From Bacillota bacterium (lineage in GTDB: Bacteria > Bacillota > Dethiobacteria > DTU022 > PWGO01): a DNA stretch of 64,000 nt. Of this stretch, positions 62,176-64,000 are shown piece after piece. Where the stretch lies: NCBI GenBank assembly GCA_012518215.1, contig JAAYSV010000024.1, positions 2,340 to 66,339 of the forward strand, read 5' to 3'. Within the stretch, counting starts at the first letter, position 1. The number at the start of each line of letters is the position of its first letter. The notes beneath the pieces are model-generated. The model did not search any database. It saw only the letters and a program-made list of their open reading frames with translations, and was not told where the DNA came from. The position numbers and the translations under genes were made by a program.

Positions 62176-64000
62176 TCATCAGTATTTCAATACCGACCAT
62201 TATCCTGTTTTTGACGAGCTGCTTAAGATAGTGCTTCAACTGTGCATCGCCCATCTGATCAATTATCGAAAGAACCTTGTTACTGCCACCGGCATTATAC
62301 TCAGCTTCAGCAAGTTGCTTAACTTTACCCTTAACACTAGGATTGCCGCGCCAATCATAAGTGTCGATAGAAAGGCGTTCAAGGGCAAAACGGACATTAT
62401 CAAGGTCAGGAAGCAATATTGAATATTCGCCAATAATGTCACGCTTAAAAGCAGCATTTCGCTTGTCTTCGTCTGAAAGCACATCAAAAAGCGCTGCAGT
62501 TTCAAGAAATGCGAGAGCGGCTTTGATTTCGGCATCCGTTCCCCAGTTCCTGTTTAGTGTTTCAAACGCTTTCTTTGCGTTTTCAAACTCTGCCTCGGTA
62601 ATACAACATAGAATTGGTGTCCTGTAACGGTTTGACCATTCACGCGGATTCTTGGTTCCGGTTTTAGATTTCCATAAATTGAAAAGCTGTATCTTCAACT
62701 GGTTTTTGCGAAACACCTCAACGGCTTCTTTGACTTTGATGTTGCAATCGGTATTTGAAAACATAAACAAACCTGTTGGCAGTTTGCTTTTTATATCGGT
62801 GATATCATCATCACTCAAGTCTTCGAGATATGGCTCATACACCTCAGCGAAAATGCGCCTTTCATAGTTAAGCATTTCCCTGATTTCCATTCTATGTGCC
62901 TCTAATTCTGAATAAAACAAATTTAACTGTTCAGGTAGGATATCTTCTTTCTTATAAATTTTTAGTAGTATTTCGAGGACTCTTACCAATGCAGGATGCC
63001 TTGCTTGCAATGCTTCGCATGAGATACTAATAAACCCCAACCGCACACGCCACTCACTGTATGCCCCTTCTAAAGAATTCGCCATCGTATTCAAGATTGC
63101 GTTGCTCTCCTTGACCACGTTGTATTCAGTCAAGAGCTTGCGGATTTCATCCATGCCAGTATTTTTATCCCAAAAACAGGAATGCTTTACTTCAAATATA
63201 CGTCGAATATCAGTTAGCACATTGTTTTCCGCACCGATTGTTTCAGCAACCTCCATAACTTTACCGCCTTCGAATATTTTTAAGAATTCACGCATCCCTT
63301 CCTGACATTTTTCTCTTGTGAACAAGTCAAAAAGGCTGTCGGCAAGGGTAGGTTTCGCAGATGCAATTTTCCCGATTTTTACAGCCTTTTGATGCGCCTC
63401 ACTACCTTCCTTTTGAACAAGCTCAATGTAATACTGGACCACATCAAAAATTCCGGCTGTATCTATTTCTTCAAGGCACCAGACCGGTAGGCTTAGTTCG
63501 CGCATTTTTTGAGACACAGCTATAGCTGCCTGTCCTGCGGATAAACAAGAATTTGGAGCTATATCCCATGCCTTTTCGGTTACTTCATAAAACGCCATTT
63601 CCTCGGGAGTCATCTTTACGATATAGGTCGCTTTCGGAGATTTTCCAATATAGTTTCCAATCATCTCCGCTAGTTTATCCTGTGTCATCTCCCCATGCCC
63701 ACCAGAAGAATCACTATAGCGGAACGGCTCACCTCCGTATTCTTTCAAAAGGAAACCTGTAATAAAAGAAGAGAGATTGCAAGGGGCAAAACCGTAGGTT
63801 TCCTCAAGAAAATCATAGATTTCGCCTATTGAAATCTGCCCCTCACTCTCAAAAGCATCTTTAATAATTTTGTCAATATCAACCTTAATTTTAGAAATAG
63901 GCAAAGAAGCTTTTACCGGATTTTCCCAATATTTATTAACCTTCCAGACATCCGGAAGAATGCGTTTTTCAAGACCTACAACAACGCCTTTCGTATTCTG
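62159..64000 (-). CDS. large alpha-helical BREX-associated protein, C-terminal >613 aa only (gene continues beyond window; BrxC/PglY- or PglX-C-terminal-like?)
   Basis: Open reading frame continues without a stop to the window edge (the annotated TTG at 63904 is not the true start); no methyltransferase or P-loop motif in the visible part; translationally coupled to pglZ. Confidence 0.4.
   Translation of the reverse strand, partial: QNTKGVVVGLEKRILPDVWKVNKYWENPVKASLPISKIKVDIDKIIKDAFESEGQISIGEIYDFLEETYGFAPCNLSSFITGFLLKEYGGEPFRYSDSSGGHGEMTQDKLAEMIGNYIGKSPKATYIVKMTPEEMAFYEVTEKAWDIAPNSCLSAGQAAIAVSQKMRELSLPVWCLEEIDTAGIFDVVQYYIELVQKEGSEAHQKAVKIGKIASAKPTLADSLFDLFTREKCQEGMREFLKIFEGGKVMEVAETIGAENNVLTDIRRIFEVKHSCFWDKNTGMDEIRKLLTEYNVVKESNAILNTMANSLEGAYSEWRVRLGFISISCEALQARHPALVRVLEILLKIYKKEDILPEQLNLFYSELEAHRMEIREMLNYERRIFAEVYEPYLEDLSDDDITDIKSKLPTGLFMFSNTDCNIKVKEAVEVFRKNQLKIQLFNLWKSKTGTKNPREWSNRYRTPILCCITEAEFENAKKAFETLNRNWGTDAEIKAALAFLETAALFDVLSDEDKRNAAFKRDIIGEYSILLPDLDNVRFALERLSIDTYDWRGNPSVKGKVKQLAEAEYNAGGSNKVLSIIDQMGDAQLKHYLKQLVKNRIMVGIEILMNGGRQ

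Overview
This is a 64 kb bacterial chromosomal window, probably from an anaerobe with Firmicutes/Clostridia-like gene content. Evidence for that: Rex, a DUF503/YlxP-like gene, a YtqB-like methyltransferase, a dockerin-bearing secreted protein, a split transketolase and an ADP-forming acetyl-CoA synthetase. Coding density is high and most genes sit on the minus strand.

The first ~29 kb is mostly housekeeping or core metabolism: two SDR oxidoreductases, a BNR sialidase-like lipoprotein, an M20 peptidase, thrS, a Drg-like GTPase, a GH2 beta-galactosidase, tRNA-Val, an amidase with a SPOR domain, a five-tRNA cluster, rex, a two-component pair, azlCD, ADP-forming ACS and a Pta-N-domain-like protein.

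From tRNA-Arg(CCT) at ~29.17 kb the content becomes accessory and patchy:
- a decayed integrative islet: integrase fragment, an AT-rich two-gene module, an IS256 transposase fragment
- a 1764-aa secreted dockerin/HExxH protein
- an orphan CARF-HEPN (Cas02710/Csx1-like) protein with no CRISPR array or cas genes
- an IS HTH fragment with tandem repeats
- a low-GC methyltransferase
- zinc-ribbon membrane proteins
- a PIF1-family helicase fused to a WYL domain
- at the right edge, a low-GC partial BREX locus (BrxL-like, PglZ, and a large upstream gene that runs off the window)

An interspersed ~100-150 bp repeat family occurs three times. One copy carries an internal segment inverted between short inverted repeats. 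No rRNA and no CRISPR array were seen.
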